Part shown: positions 47,572 to 57,523 of the stretch, piece by piece | How the letters are laid out: each line of letters starts with the position of its first letter | How positions within the stretch are numbered: the first letter of the stretch is position 1 | Assembly (NCBI GenBank): GCA_963842085.1 | Contig: CAWJET010000002.1 | Coordinates: 544,001-608,000, forward strand | Direction: 5' to 3' | Origin: an uncultured delta proteobacterium | GTDB taxonomy: Bacteria; Desulfobacterota; Binatia; Binatales; Binataceae | Length of the DNA stretch: 64,000 nucleotides | The notes under the pieces: model-generated | What the model was told of the DNA's origin: nothing | The model's input: only the letters and a program-made list of their open reading frames with translations | Databases searched by the model: none | Program-made: the position numbers and the translations under genes

Positions 47572-48894
47572 CTACAGGTTAGGCTGGATCTCGTCGAGAG
47601 CCTCGCGCGCCGTGCGAGTGATGAACTCGATTTCGGCGTCACCGATGATGAACGGCGGCGTAATCATCATCGCGTCGCCGCCCGCCTTGCCCGCCATCCC
47701 GGTCGCCGGATAAAAGAACATCCCTTTTCGCACCGCCGCGCCAAGCACTCGATTGGTCACCTTCTTATCAGGAGAGTACGGCATGCGGGTCGCCTTGTCC
47801 TGCACCAGTTCGATCCCCCAGAACATCCCGGTACCGCGAATGTCGCCAACCATCGGATGCCCCGACAGCTCTTCCTTCAAGCTCGAGCCGAGCCGCGCAC
47901 CGACTTCGGCCGAGCGTTCCACCAGCCGCTCGCGATCCATGATCGCCAGCACCTCGTCGGCAACCGCGCAGGCGACGGGATGCGAGCTGTAGGTGTAGAA
48001 CATGAAGTCGGCCTTGGCGCGCTCGAGTTCCTCGACGAGCGATTCCTTGACCGCGATCATGCCCATCGGCATGTACCCGCCGGTGAGTCCTTTGCCGCCG
48101 ACCAGGATGTCGGGCACGACGCCCCAATGATCGACACCGAAGCGCCGTCCGGTGCGGCCGAAGCCGGTCATCACTTCGTCGGCTATCAGCAGCACGCCGT
48201 AGCGCGTGCAGATCTCGCGAATTTTCGGCCAGTATTCCCTGACCGGAGGGACCACCCCACCGCTCGAGCCCATCATCGGCTCCGCGATAAACGCGGCGAT
48301 CGAGTCGGCGCCATGCTTGAGGATCTCTTTCTCGAGCGCGGCCGCGCAGTCGAGCTCGCATGATGGATAGGTTTTGCCCCACGGGCATCGGTAACAGTAG
48401 GTGGGGTCGATCTTCGGCCAGTCCAGCAGAATGTGTTCGTAGTCGGCACGCCGCCCACTCCCACCCGCCGACAACGCCGCGATAGTGTTGCCGTGATAAG
48501 AGAAGCGGCGCCCGATGATCTTGCTCTTCGATTGTTTGCCGCGCGTTTTGTTGTACAGAATCGCGAACTTCAGCGCCGCCTCAACCGACTCCGATCCTCC
48601 GCTGGTGAAAAAGAACCGCGTCAGTCCCGGCGGAGTCCACTGTGACAGACGCTCGACCAGCCGCTCGCGCTCAGGCGTAGTCCAGACCGGCACGATATAA
48701 TCGAGGTTCGCGATCGTGCGCGCGGCCACCTCCGCGATTTCCCGGCGCCCCTGGCCGATGTTCACCACGACGGCGCCGGCGCCCGCGTCGAGGATCTTGC
48801 GGCCGTCGGAGGCGTAAAGCCAGGGGCCTTCGGCGCGCTCGATACGCAGCGGATCGTGCGGGCCGCGCATAAACATCGGAGGTGGCTGTGGCAT
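47572..48894 (-). CDS. Class III PLP-dependent aminotransferase
   Basis: SGGSESVEAALK, SYHGNT, LIADEVMTGFGRTG and GKGLTGGY motifs. Confidence 0.95.
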   Translation of the reverse strand: MPQPPPMFMRGPHDPLRIERAEGPWLYASDGRKILDAGAGAVVVNIGQGRREIAEVAARTIANLDYIVPVWTTPERERLVERLSQWTPPGLTRFFFTSGGSESVEAALKFAILYNKTRGKQSKSKIIGRRFSYHGNTIAALSAGGSGRRADYEHILLDWPKIDPTYCYRCPWGKTYPSCELDCAAALEKEILKHGADSIAAFIAEPMMGSSGGVVPPVREYWPKIREICTRYGVLLIADEVMTGFGRTGRRFGVDHWGVVPDILVGGKGLTGGYMPMGMIAVKESLVEELERAKADFMFYTYSSHPVACAVADEVLAIMDRERLVERSAEVGARLGSSLKEELSGHPMVGDIRGTGMFWGIELVQDKATRMPYSPDKKVTNRVLGAAVRKGMFFYPATGMAGKAGGDAMMITPPFIIGDAEIEFITRTAREALDEIQPNL

Positions 48895-48965
48895 AGCCGA
48901 ATCTTAACCGTGATTCGATGCCGCGGGCAACGCGACGAAAAATCATGCTGCTGCCGGATGATGCG

Positions 48966-50168
48966 TTACTTGATCGCGCCTGCTTCGCGCCAGCGGTCAA
49001 GCTCGTCCTTGCCGTAGCCAAGCTCGCCGAGGATTTGGTCGGTATGCTGGCCGAGTTGCGGCGCGAGTGACCTTATCGATCCGGGCGTATCCGAGAACTT
49101 CGCCGACATGCCCACCTGCTTGACCTGCTTGCCGCCGGGAGCTTCGACCTCGACGATCATGTTGCGCGCGAGCACTTGCGGATCGTTCGGCACTTCGTCG
49201 AGCGTGAGCATCCGGCCGGCGCAGATGTCGCTCTTGCTCAAAATCTCGAACCATTCATCGCGCGTTTTGGTTTTGAACGTCTCGGTGAACGCGCGTGCGA
49301 TCTCCGCGCGTTTGCTAGAGTCATACTCGTGCGGAATAAAATCCGCGCGGCCCAGCGCACGGCAAAGGTTGGCGAAGAACCAGGGCTCGATCGCCGCGAT
49401 CGTAATGTATTTGTCGTCCTTCGTAAGATAGACGTTGTAGTTTGGGATGCCGCCGTCGTTTATCGTCTCGCCGCGCCGCGGCACTTTGTGGTTCGCGAAA
49501 AATGTCGAGAACGCCTGCGCCAGCAGCGCCAGGCTGCCGTCCATCATCGAGATGTCTACATACTGTCCCCGCCCGGTCTGGTTGCGCGCGACCAATGCGG
49601 CGAGCACTCCGATCGCGCCATGCATCCCGCCGCCGGCGTAGTCCGCGACCACATTGTGCGGAATTGTCGGCGGCTGGCCGGGACGCCCGAACAGCGACAG
49701 CACGCCGGCCGTCGCGATGTAGTTGATGTCGTGGCCGACGAGATCGCGGTACGGCCCGGTCTGTCCGTAGCCGGTGATGGCGCAATAGATTAGCCGCGGA
49801 TTGCGCGAAGCGAGTTTCTCGTAATCGATCCCGAGCCGCTTGGCGACGCCCGGCCGGTATTCCTCGACGATCACGTCGGCGCGCTGCGCGAGGCGACAGT
49901 AGATCTCCTTGCCGGCGCCGCTCTTGAGATTGATCCCAATCGACTTCTTGTTGCGCGCGAGCGCGTTGTACGGCGAGCTGCTGAAGCTATTTCCCGCAGC
50001 GCGCGTGCCGGCGGCGCCCGCCTGCTGTGCGCGTCTTCCGGTGGGAGGTCCCGGCTCTTCGATCCTGATCACGTCCGCGCCAAGGTCCGCCAGGATCATC
50101 GTGCAAAACGGTCCCGGTGCGAGCTTGGTCAGGTCAAGTACTTTGATTCCGTCGAGTGGTCCAGGCAT
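48966..50168 (-). CDS. Family III CoA-transferase / acyl-CoA racemase-like
   Basis: GPLDGIKVLDL, PGPFCTMILADLGA, GHDINY and ADYAGG motifs. Confidence 0.94.
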   Translation of the reverse strand: MPGPLDGIKVLDLTKLAPGPFCTMILADLGADVIRIEEPGPPTGRRAQQAGAAGTRAAGNSFSSSPYNALARNKKSIGINLKSGAGKEIYCRLAQRADVIVEEYRPGVAKRLGIDYEKLASRNPRLIYCAITGYGQTGPYRDLVGHDINYIATAGVLSLFGRPGQPPTIPHNVVADYAGGGMHGAIGVLAALVARNQTGRGQYVDISMMDGSLALLAQAFSTFFANHKVPRRGETINDGGIPNYNVYLTKDDKYITIAAIEPWFFANLCRALGRADFIPHEYDSSKRAEIARAFTETFKTKTRDEWFEILSKSDICAGRMLTLDEVPNDPQVLARNMIVEVEAPGGKQVKQVGMSAKFSDTPGSIRSLAPQLGQHTDQILGELGYGKDELDRWREAGAIK

Positions 50169-50221
50169 CGTCGGTCCCCCGGAAGAACTGTTGAATGAGT
50201 AAGCGAGCGATTCGGGCGAGG

Positions 50222-50620
50222 CTATTGATATGGATTCACCGGCTGCGGCTGCGGATACCCATTCATCTGCGGTGCCTGTTGCGCATCGCCTGGATCGGTG
50301 TCGGGCGCGTCCGCCTGCGGCACAGTGGCCTGATCGTTGCCGGCCGCATTTTGATCGGTCTGGTTGCCGTCGGCGTTCTGATTCTGGTCGGCACTATTGT
50401 TGGAATCGCTGTCGCTGTCGCTGCTGTTATCGTTGTCGTTATCGCTGTCGGTAGTGCCGACGCTCGGCTGATCCTCCTGGGCGACGACCGTGCCGCGCGG
50501 CGACGCTTGCGCCTGGCGGGTCGTCGGCGCCCGATTCGCAGTGTCGCGAGTCGAAGCGCACGCCATCGGCGGCGCAACTATCAGAAGAAACGCGGCTGTC
50601 AGGCTGACTTTTGAGAACAT
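50222..50620 (-). CDS. Secreted low-complexity D/N/Q-rich protein
   Basis: GGAG RBS; signal peptide; DSDNDNDNSSDSDSDSNN tract. Confidence 0.75.
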   Translation of the reverse strand: MFSKVSLTAAFLLIVAPPMACASTRDTANRAPTTRQAQASPRGTVVAQEDQPSVGTTDSDNDNDNSSDSDSDSNNSADQNQNADGNQTDQNAAGNDQATVPQADAPDTDPGDAQQAPQMNGYPQPQPVNPYQ

Positions 50621-50673
50621 ACTAATCTCCGTTCACTGCGCTCGACCGCACGGCGTCGTTGCGCACGGCTGGA

Positions 50674-51510
50674 TTATAGAACTGCCGCGCGTACCCGCGC
50701 CATTCTTTCCGCCAGCGATTTGAGTCCCCCCACCATGTGAACGCCGTACCAATGCAGGTCGCGGCCGCTGACCAGCAGCACGCGGCGGCTGAGCGCGGGC
50801 GGCAGCATGGTCTTCAACTCGGCGACGTCGGACTCGTCGAATTCATAGGGCTCGTCGGGAAGTATAACGATATCAGGGCGGCGTTCGAGCGCCTCTTCGA
50901 GCGTCGTCATGGGATAGCGCTCACCCACTGACGCAAAAATATTGTTGTAGCCGAGCATCCGCAGCACGTCATGCGCATAGGTGTCGGCGTTGAACGACAT
51001 CCACGGGTTCTTCCATATCGGGCAGAAAACGCGGAGCCGCAGTTTGCTCCATACCCCGAGCGCCGCCTCGATTCCGCTCACGCTGAGCGTTATCTCCTTG
51101 GCCAGCGCGGCGGCAGCCGGCTCGCGCCCGAGCACGCGGCCCATCCGTAAGATCGATTCGACCGCGCCCGGCACCGTGCGCGGATAGGTCGTAAACACCG
51201 GGATCCCCGCCGCGCGCAGCCGTTCCACGTCCTCGCGCCGGTTCTCCTCGGCGTTCGCGATCACCAGCTCGGGTTCGAGCTTGACGATTGCGCGAATGTC
51301 GGGGTTCTTGGTCCCGCCAACTTTTGGAATCGACGCTACCGCCGCAACCGGTTCGACGCAGAATTTCGTCACGCCCACGACCTCGGAATTGAAGCCCAGC
51401 GCGAACAGGGTCTCCGTCCAGCTCGGCACCAACGACACAATCCGCGCCGGCGGCCGCTCGAGCTCGACGCGAAAGCCCATGTCGTCGGGTATTTGCATCG
51501 AGGCCGCCAT
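50674..51510 (-). CDS. Helical-backbone metal receptor (BtuF-like), no signal peptide
   Basis: RIVSLVPSWTE, GGTKNPD, EENRREDVE and LPDEPYEF motifs. Confidence 0.88.
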   Translation of the reverse strand: MAASMQIPDDMGFRVELERPPARIVSLVPSWTETLFALGFNSEVVGVTKFCVEPVAAVASIPKVGGTKNPDIRAIVKLEPELVIANAEENRREDVERLRAAGIPVFTTYPRTVPGAVESILRMGRVLGREPAAAALAKEITLSVSGIEAALGVWSKLRLRVFCPIWKNPWMSFNADTYAHDVLRMLGYNNIFASVGERYPMTTLEEALERRPDIVILPDEPYEFDESDVAELKTMLPPALSRRVLLVSGRDLHWYGVHMVGGLKSLAERMARVRAAVL

Positions 51511-51521
51511 CTAAGCGTTGG

Positions 51522-51911
51522 TCACTTGGCCTTGCCCTTGATGATCGCGTCCAGCTCGCCGCGATCGCTGGGCGTCAGTTGCTCTGAGCCGGATTGCGCG
51601 CCGGCATTTGATTTCGCATTCGCCGCAGACGAGTCATTCGCCCCGCCCTGCCCTTCGGTTGCAGCAGGAGGATTTGCTTCTTTCATCGGTTGCGACTGAT
51701 CGGGTGGCCGATATGCGAGGTAGTGGACCGCCGACGGGATCATGATTCGTTTCGCCAAAAATCCCAAAATCAGCGCCGCCAGCCCGGCCAGCGCGAGCAC
51801 TCCCAGCCGCCGCGTCCGCTTCTTTTTCGCCGGTCGTTTCGCCCTTGCGCGCTTTCGCGCCGGCGCCACTCGTGCTCGATCCGCCACCTGCTTCCTCTCC
51901 ACCGCGAGCAA
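51522..51911 (-). CDS. Hypothetical single-pass membrane protein
   Basis: Basic N-terminus, one TM, C-terminal SEQLTPSDRGELDAII; fits tightly between neighbours; start uncertain. Confidence 0.65.
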   Translation of the reverse strand: MLAVERKQVADRARVAPARKRARAKRPAKKKRTRRLGVLALAGLAALILGFLAKRIMIPSAVHYLAYRPPDQSQPMKEANPPAATEGQGGANDSSAANAKSNAGAQSGSEQLTPSDRGELDAIIKGKAK

Positions 51912-51920
51912 CCTCAGATG

Positions 51921-53156
51921 CTATCGCACAGACTCACCTAATAGAACCGCGCGAGCCCATCGAGCGATGAGGCGTCGAGTCGGTACTTCGTCGAGGTGCC
52001 GCGCGCCGTTGTACCAATCCACGCCGATTTCCTGTGCGCGGCGGCTGATGCGCGCGAGCCGGAAGAAGAGCCTGTTGTGCGGACCGTAAAAGTGGCGTGC
52101 CGCAAACGCGAGCTTGCTCAGCTTCGCGCCCACCGCACCTTCATGCAGCGCGCGATCGTAAGCCTGCAGCGCGCCACGGTCGCCGTCCAGAAAATTGCGG
52201 ATTGCATTCGCCGCCAGCTTGCCGTGCTCGAACGCGCACGAGATTCCTTCGCCCATCAGCGGATCGACGCCAGCCGCATCGCCGGCGAGAATCACGCGTC
52301 CGCGAGTGTAGCGGTCCCTGGCGTCGAACCATCGAATCGGGAACGAATGCCATCGCTTCGCATGCCGCTTCAGCCCGTCGAGCGGAAGTTCGGGGAAGGC
52401 CGCGACGAGTTCCGCTATCATCCGCGATTGTTCGCCGCCGTTTTCAGCCAATTCGCGCGGGCGCTGATCGTAAATGCCTACATTAAGATGCGGTGCGTCG
52501 CCGATCAGGCATGGAAACGACCAGCTATAGCCGTTGATGCCCCCGCTCACGCAGCGGAAGTCGAACCTATAGCGTTTCTCGATAAATTCCGGTGCGCGCT
52601 CGGGATCGACCGCGATGTCCGTCATCAATGCGCGCCCGATCGTCTCCTTGCCAGCGCCAAATATGGCTCGACGGACCCGGCTGCCCGAGCCGTCGGCTCC
52701 GACGAGCACCTGGCTCTCGAACATGCCGCGCTCCGTGCTGACGCGCACACCGCCAGCGTCCTGAGCAACGTCGAGCACACGAGTGCGCTCGACTAGTTCG
52801 ACTCCGGCGTCGCGCGCGGCCCGTGCCAGCATCGCGTCGAACCGGTCGCGGCGAATCACGGTGCAGAGCACGTCGCCGACGCGCGACAAATCGACGCGGC
52901 CAGCGGGAGTCACGGCTTCACCGCGAATCACTTCGACAGCGGGAGCGTTCAGCACAATTCCAAGTTCGTCGAGCGCCAGGAGCGTTTTGGGAATCAGCCC
53001 GCCGGCGCATACTTTGAATCGCGGATGCGCTGATTTCTCGAGCGCGACGATTCGACTGGCCAGGCTGGGCCGATTCTTAACGAGAAAAAGCGCGGTCGCC
53101 AGTCCAGCGGGACCGGCGCCGGCAATTAACACGTCACATTTTCGCGGAGATTCCAT
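51921..53156 (-). CDS. Geranylgeranyl reductase family FAD-dependent oxidoreductase
   Basis: IAGAGPAG, KVCAGG, RRDRFD, VGADG and GDAAGVDPLMGEGI motifs. Confidence 0.9.
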   Translation of the reverse strand: MESPRKCDVLIAGAGPAGLATALFLVKNRPSLASRIVALEKSAHPRFKVCAGGLIPKTLLALDELGIVLNAPAVEVIRGEAVTPAGRVDLSRVGDVLCTVIRRDRFDAMLARAARDAGVELVERTRVLDVAQDAGGVRVSTERGMFESQVLVGADGSGSRVRRAIFGAGKETIGRALMTDIAVDPERAPEFIEKRYRFDFRCVSGGINGYSWSFPCLIGDAPHLNVGIYDQRPRELAENGGEQSRMIAELVAAFPELPLDGLKRHAKRWHSFPIRWFDARDRYTRGRVILAGDAAGVDPLMGEGISCAFEHGKLAANAIRNFLDGDRGALQAYDRALHEGAVGAKLSKLAFAARHFYGPHNRLFFRLARISRRAQEIGVDWYNGARHLDEVPTRRLIARWARAVLLGESVR

Positions 53157-53215
53157 CGCGCGCTTCCACGCCTAGCATCCGGGCTCACCGCGCGAAAGCA
53201 CCATGACGTCGAACT

Positions 53216-53258
53216 CCAAAAACAAGCGCGGCGCATCGACTTCCTCGATGCGCCGCGC
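53216..53258 (-). terminator. Rho-independent terminator downstream of degP/Q
   Basis: Perfect 14-bp stem GCGCGGCGCATCGA / TCGATGCGCCGCGC with 5-nt loop, followed by TTGTTTTT on the minus strand. Confidence 0.85.
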
Positions 53259-53286
53259 ATTGGCTATATGGTGGCTTATTTCCCGC

Positions 53287-54915
53287 TCAGTCCTGCGCCT
53301 CGCCCGCCGGCTTGATCACCGTGTACAGCGTCGCGCCGCCGCGTTGGACCAACAACAGCGCCGGCTTCTTGTTGGTCTGCGCTTCTTTTGCCTTGGCGAC
53401 GAAATCCGAAACCGCGGCGACCTTGTCGTGATTGATTTCGAGCACGACGTCGCCGGGCTCCAGGCCGGCCTCCGCCGAAGGGCTGTCCGGCGCGACCTTC
53501 TGAATCACCACGCCCTTGGTGCCCTCCAGATGGAACTGCTGCGCGATCTCCGGCGTGATGTCCCCGACCTGCATCCCCCAGTTGCCACCCGGCTCCTCGG
53601 ACTTGGCCGACGCCACCTGCGGCTCCTTGCGCTCGCCGATTGTCACATCGAGCGTCAGGTGCTTGCCGTTACGCACCACTTCGACCGGCACCGTCTTGTT
53701 GATCGGCGTCAGCGCGACCAGCGCCGGCAGCTCATGCTCGTCGTTGAGCGGATGACCGTTGAAGCTGAGCACGATATCGCCGCGCTCGATTCCCGCCTTG
53801 CCTGCCGGCCCGTCCTTGTCCGCACTGGCGACCAGCGCGCCTTCGGGCTTCGGCAATCCGAACGATTGCGCGAGGTCCGGCGTGACTTCCTGGATCTCCA
53901 CGCCGAGCCATCCGCGGATCACGCGCCCATGCGCCTTCAGCTGATCCATCACATTGCGCGCCATGTCGATTGGAATGGCGAAGCCGATGCCATTGTTGGC
54001 GCCGGTGCGGCTGTAGATCGCGGTGTTGATACCGATGACCTCGCCTTTCGTATTGATGAGCGGCCCGCCTGAGTTGCCTGGGTTAATCGACGCATCGGTC
54101 TGGATGAAGTCGTCGTAGTCGCCGCCGAGGATTCGGCCCTTGGCGCTGACGATTCCCGCGGTCACAGTCATGCCGACGTTGAACGGGTTGCCAATCGCGA
54201 TCACCCAGTCGCCGACGTCGGTGGAATTGGAATCGCCCAGTGGCGCAACCGGCAAGGCGTCCTTGGTGTCGATTTTGATCAACCCGAGATCGGTCTTGGC
54301 GTCCTTGCCGATTACCTTGGCGGTAAACTCCCGCTTGTCCTGCAGCGTAACGTGAATTTCCTCTGCGTTGCCGACCACGTGATTGTTGGTCAGGATGTAG
54401 CCGTCGGCTGACACGATCACGCCCGAGCCCAGCCCGTGCTGTTTGAATTCGTGCTGACCGCCCTGGCCGAAGTAGCGGCGGAGCTGGTCGAACGGATCTT
54501 GCGGCATCTGTCCGCCACCACTGTCGCCGCCGCCGCCGTTGTCATTATCGCCGCCGTTATCATCGCCGCCTTCGCCCGGCGCCATGAAAAACGGCATACC
54601 CGAAACTTTCACATCTTGAACGACGTTGACGCTGACCACCGCCGGGATGATTTTCTTTACCAGCGGCGCGAAGGTGGTAATTACTCCAACCTTTTCGTTC
54701 GGCTCAGGCGTATTTGGCGCCGCCGGCGCCACATGCACCCCCGGCACAGGAGGGGCAGGTAACAAGGGCGCCGGGGCAACCTGCGCTTGCTCTGCGGGTG
54801 GCGTCTTGGCAGCGCCGGAGTCGGAACTCCAGAACGGGAACGCGCCGACGCGCGCAAACGCAATAACCAGACCGATGAAAACGCCGCCGGCTACGGCGGC
54901 GATCTTCTTAAGCAT
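53287..54915 (-). CDS. degP: HtrA/DegP-DegQ family serine endoprotease with two PDZ domains
   Basis: GSGVI, TNNHVV, TDLGL and QTDASINPGNSGGPL; two PDZ domains; GGAGG RBS. Confidence 0.93.
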   Translation of the reverse strand: MLKKIAAVAGGVFIGLVIAFARVGAFPFWSSDSGAAKTPPAEQAQVAPAPLLPAPPVPGVHVAPAAPNTPEPNEKVGVITTFAPLVKKIIPAVVSVNVVQDVKVSGMPFFMAPGEGGDDNGGDNDNGGGGDSGGGQMPQDPFDQLRRYFGQGGQHEFKQHGLGSGVIVSADGYILTNNHVVGNAEEIHVTLQDKREFTAKVIGKDAKTDLGLIKIDTKDALPVAPLGDSNSTDVGDWVIAIGNPFNVGMTVTAGIVSAKGRILGGDYDDFIQTDASINPGNSGGPLINTKGEVIGINTAIYSRTGANNGIGFAIPIDMARNVMDQLKAHGRVIRGWLGVEIQEVTPDLAQSFGLPKPEGALVASADKDGPAGKAGIERGDIVLSFNGHPLNDEHELPALVALTPINKTVPVEVVRNGKHLTLDVTIGERKEPQVASAKSEEPGGNWGMQVGDITPEIAQQFHLEGTKGVVIQKVAPDSPSAEAGLEPGDVVLEINHDKVAAVSDFVAKAKEAQTNKKPALLLVQRGGATLYTVIKPAGEAQD

Positions 54916-55191
54916 GCATTCCTCCTGGAATGTGGCGAAACTCTTGCGTCATGAGGCCGGGCAAGTGGCGGATCATCTAGTTATCGGACGATAAATCTCG
55001 ACCGAAATTCAACTGCCCGCCTGACCACGTGCGGCCCGCGCCGCCGGGTCAAAGCCCTTTTCCACTAGTTCATCAAATCAAATTCCCAGTGAAAATAAAA
55101 CATTACCGTGACCGGTCCCGCTCCAGCACGTTCCGCTCGCAGCTTTCTGAGCTGGGCGCGATGCCCGCGCGCCGGTGGCGATAGCCCCGGC

Positions 55192-55653
55192 TCAGCCCTT
55201 CTGCATAGCCTTGATATCCTCGAGCAGCACCTTCTCGTGGCCCTGTGGATTCACTTTTTCATAAACCTTGCGCAGGACGCCCTTGGGATCGATCACGAAG
55301 CTGGTCCGGTTCCAGTACTTGGTCCCGTTATAGTCGGTCTGCCCGACGCCAGCCGCCTTGAGCAGCTCGGTGTTGGTATCCGCGAGCAGATCGATCGTGA
55401 ACGCAAACTTGTTGCAGAAGTTCTTGTGCGACGCGACGTCGTCCGCGCTGACGCCGACCACCTTGATTCCGGCCGCGTCGAAGTCAGCCTTGGTCGCCGT
55501 GAACGACTTCCCCTGGATTGTGCAGCCGGGAGTGTCGTCCTTGGGATAGACGTACACCACCAGCCATTTGCCGGCGAAATCGCCGAGCTTCATCTGCTTG
55601 CCGTCCTGGTTCGGCAAAGCGAAATTGACAAACGGTTTTCCTGTTTCGAGCAT
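55192..55653 (-). CDS. Peroxiredoxin (Bcp/PrxQ family), second paralogue
   Basis: YVYPKDDTPGCT, distal Cys in NFCNKF, RTSFVID; start MLETGK. Confidence 0.9.
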   Translation of the reverse strand: MLETGKPFVNFALPNQDGKQMKLGDFAGKWLVVYVYPKDDTPGCTIQGKSFTATKADFDAAGIKVVGVSADDVASHKNFCNKFAFTIDLLADTNTELLKAAGVGQTDYNGTKYWNRTSFVIDPKGVLRKVYEKVNPQGHEKVLLEDIKAMQKG

Positions 55654-55750
55654 GATTCTTTTCCTTTCGTCGAAATACGACGGGTTTAATCGCGATGAAG
55701 GGCAGACCGAGTTATCTGCTCGACCAAGCCTAGCACGCACGCGCTCGTTG

Positions 55751-57319
55751 CTAGAACATGAAAGTGATCGGGCATGCCGCCGCGATCACGAATGCGAACC
55801 ACAGCGTTTCAAGCGTCGCGATCAGCGTCAGATTGCGCGACGCACTGTAGGCCGCCGCCGAGAATATTTCGAACATCACGAAATTCAGCACGATGATCGG
55901 CAGGATCAGCATCAGCACGAACGGCAGCACGCGCACGCTCACTCCCACCGCCATCAGAATCACGATCAGGATCCGCCCGAGCACCGCCCACATCGTCGAA
56001 ATCGCCGGTCCTCCACGCCGCACCAGCCACTCGAAACTCATCCAGAACGGAAACAGCAGAACCGTCGCCATCGTCATCACCATTAGCCGCTCGGGTGACA
56101 ATGCCAGGTAGTGGAACGCCGGCGACATCGCGACCAGGCACACGTACGCCACCGCGAAAGCTCCCGCTCCGGCGAGCATCGCGGCGCTCGCGCCGTCGCG
56201 GATACGCTGCCAATCCAGCAGGTGCCAGAGCGCGAGCACGCCCGCGATCATCAGCCCCGCGACCCCGAACCATGAAAGCTGGATGTCGCCGACCACCACC
56301 GGCACGAACGCTGCCGGGTTCCCAGCCGCAAGCGGCATCGCCGCAATCAGCGCGCCGCCCAGGATCAGTACTCCGAGCCATCCGCTCGGTCCGGGCCGCT
56401 CAGCAGCCCAGTTCGGCGCCATCGAGCCGCAGACCCTGCCCAGCGGTGCCAGCAGAATCACGAAAATCAGCAGCGCAAAGCCCGCCGTTGCCCGCCGCGG
56501 ATCCCTGAGCTCAATCGCTCCAGTGCGCGCGGTTCCAAACGTACTGTCGAGCCACTTTACGATCGTGCTCGCCGCCTGTGCCGAATAAAGGATCGTCAGG
56601 TGATCGACCCGCGGGATCTGGATCGCCTCGACCGCGTTGCCCTGAGTGAAGTCGCCGTAGGTCTTGCCGAGCTCGATTTGCGGCACGTCCGCCAGATGCG
56701 CCGCCAGCGCGGTTGACGTTTCCTGGATCATCTCGACCGGATCGTTCTGCGCAAAAATGAACAGCGCGTTCTTCGGCCGCTGTGGACCGAGCGTCCAGCC
56801 GCCGGAAATCATCACCGCGCCCTTGAGACCGGGATCGTGCGTCGCGTAATCGAGCGCCGCGCCCGCACCCATCGAATGCCCCATCACTACGATTCGCGAT
56901 CCATCAACAAGGTCGCTGCGGCGAAGATAATCGACGGCCTGCTTCACATCCTCGTGCAGGCTGCTGCTATCGGCTTCTCCGGCGCTGAACGCATTGCGAT
57001 TCTCGCCGTGTCCGTTGACGTCGATCGCCAGCACCGCGTAACCGTTTTCCGCCATCCGCCGCGCCAGTGTGCTCATCAGCCTGCGATCCGCCATGAAGCC
57101 GTGAATCAGCACGACCACCGGCGGACGCGCGGCCGCAGGTTTCGGAAATTGCGTATAGAACGGATTTCCCGGGCCCGGCATGTACATCGTCGCCGGCTCC
57201 TGCCCGGGCAGCACTACGAAAACATGCGGTGGGCCGCCGTTTTCCAAACGCACCAGCCGCGCGATCACCAGGATGAACACGACCAGCAAGCCGATCACGA
57301 TGATGCGAGCAGTTTTCAT
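55751..57319 (-). CDS. Alpha/beta hydrolase fused to a polytopic membrane domain
   Basis: N-terminal TM, LIHGF, GHSMGAG, D and DH triad candidates; about 8 C-terminal TM segments. Confidence 0.88.
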   Translation of the reverse strand: MKTARIIVIGLLVVFILVIARLVRLENGGPPHVFVVLPGQEPATMYMPGPGNPFYTQFPKPAAARPPVVVLIHGFMADRRLMSTLARRMAENGYAVLAIDVNGHGENRNAFSAGEADSSSLHEDVKQAVDYLRRSDLVDGSRIVVMGHSMGAGAALDYATHDPGLKGAVMISGGWTLGPQRPKNALFIFAQNDPVEMIQETSTALAAHLADVPQIELGKTYGDFTQGNAVEAIQIPRVDHLTILYSAQAASTIVKWLDSTFGTARTGAIELRDPRRATAGFALLIFVILLAPLGRVCGSMAPNWAAERPGPSGWLGVLILGGALIAAMPLAAGNPAAFVPVVVGDIQLSWFGVAGLMIAGVLALWHLLDWQRIRDGASAAMLAGAGAFAVAYVCLVAMSPAFHYLALSPERLMVMTMATVLLFPFWMSFEWLVRRGGPAISTMWAVLGRILIVILMAVGVSVRVLPFVLMLILPIIVLNFVMFEIFSAAAYSASRNLTLIATLETLWFAFVIAAACPITFMF

Positions 57320-57523
57320 CTTGACTCCGATTTCAATTTTCCAGGCTAACCTACCGATTTGAGAAAGTGCTACAAAAACTCAGATGGATGCGGACTTTTA
57401 TGCTACTGGGCTGGTGCGGAGGAGTTGCTTCTGGTTGGTGGTACCGATGCTTGCTGCCGTTTTGCCGCTGCTCTTCCTCTTGCTGAAAATTGGCGTAGCG
57501 CAGGACGCTGAAGCGATGGCCGA

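Noticed and set aside
55192-55653. Second Bcp lacking CxxxxC as an anomaly
   Set aside because: Variants with the resolving Cys in a later helix are an established PrxQ subtype
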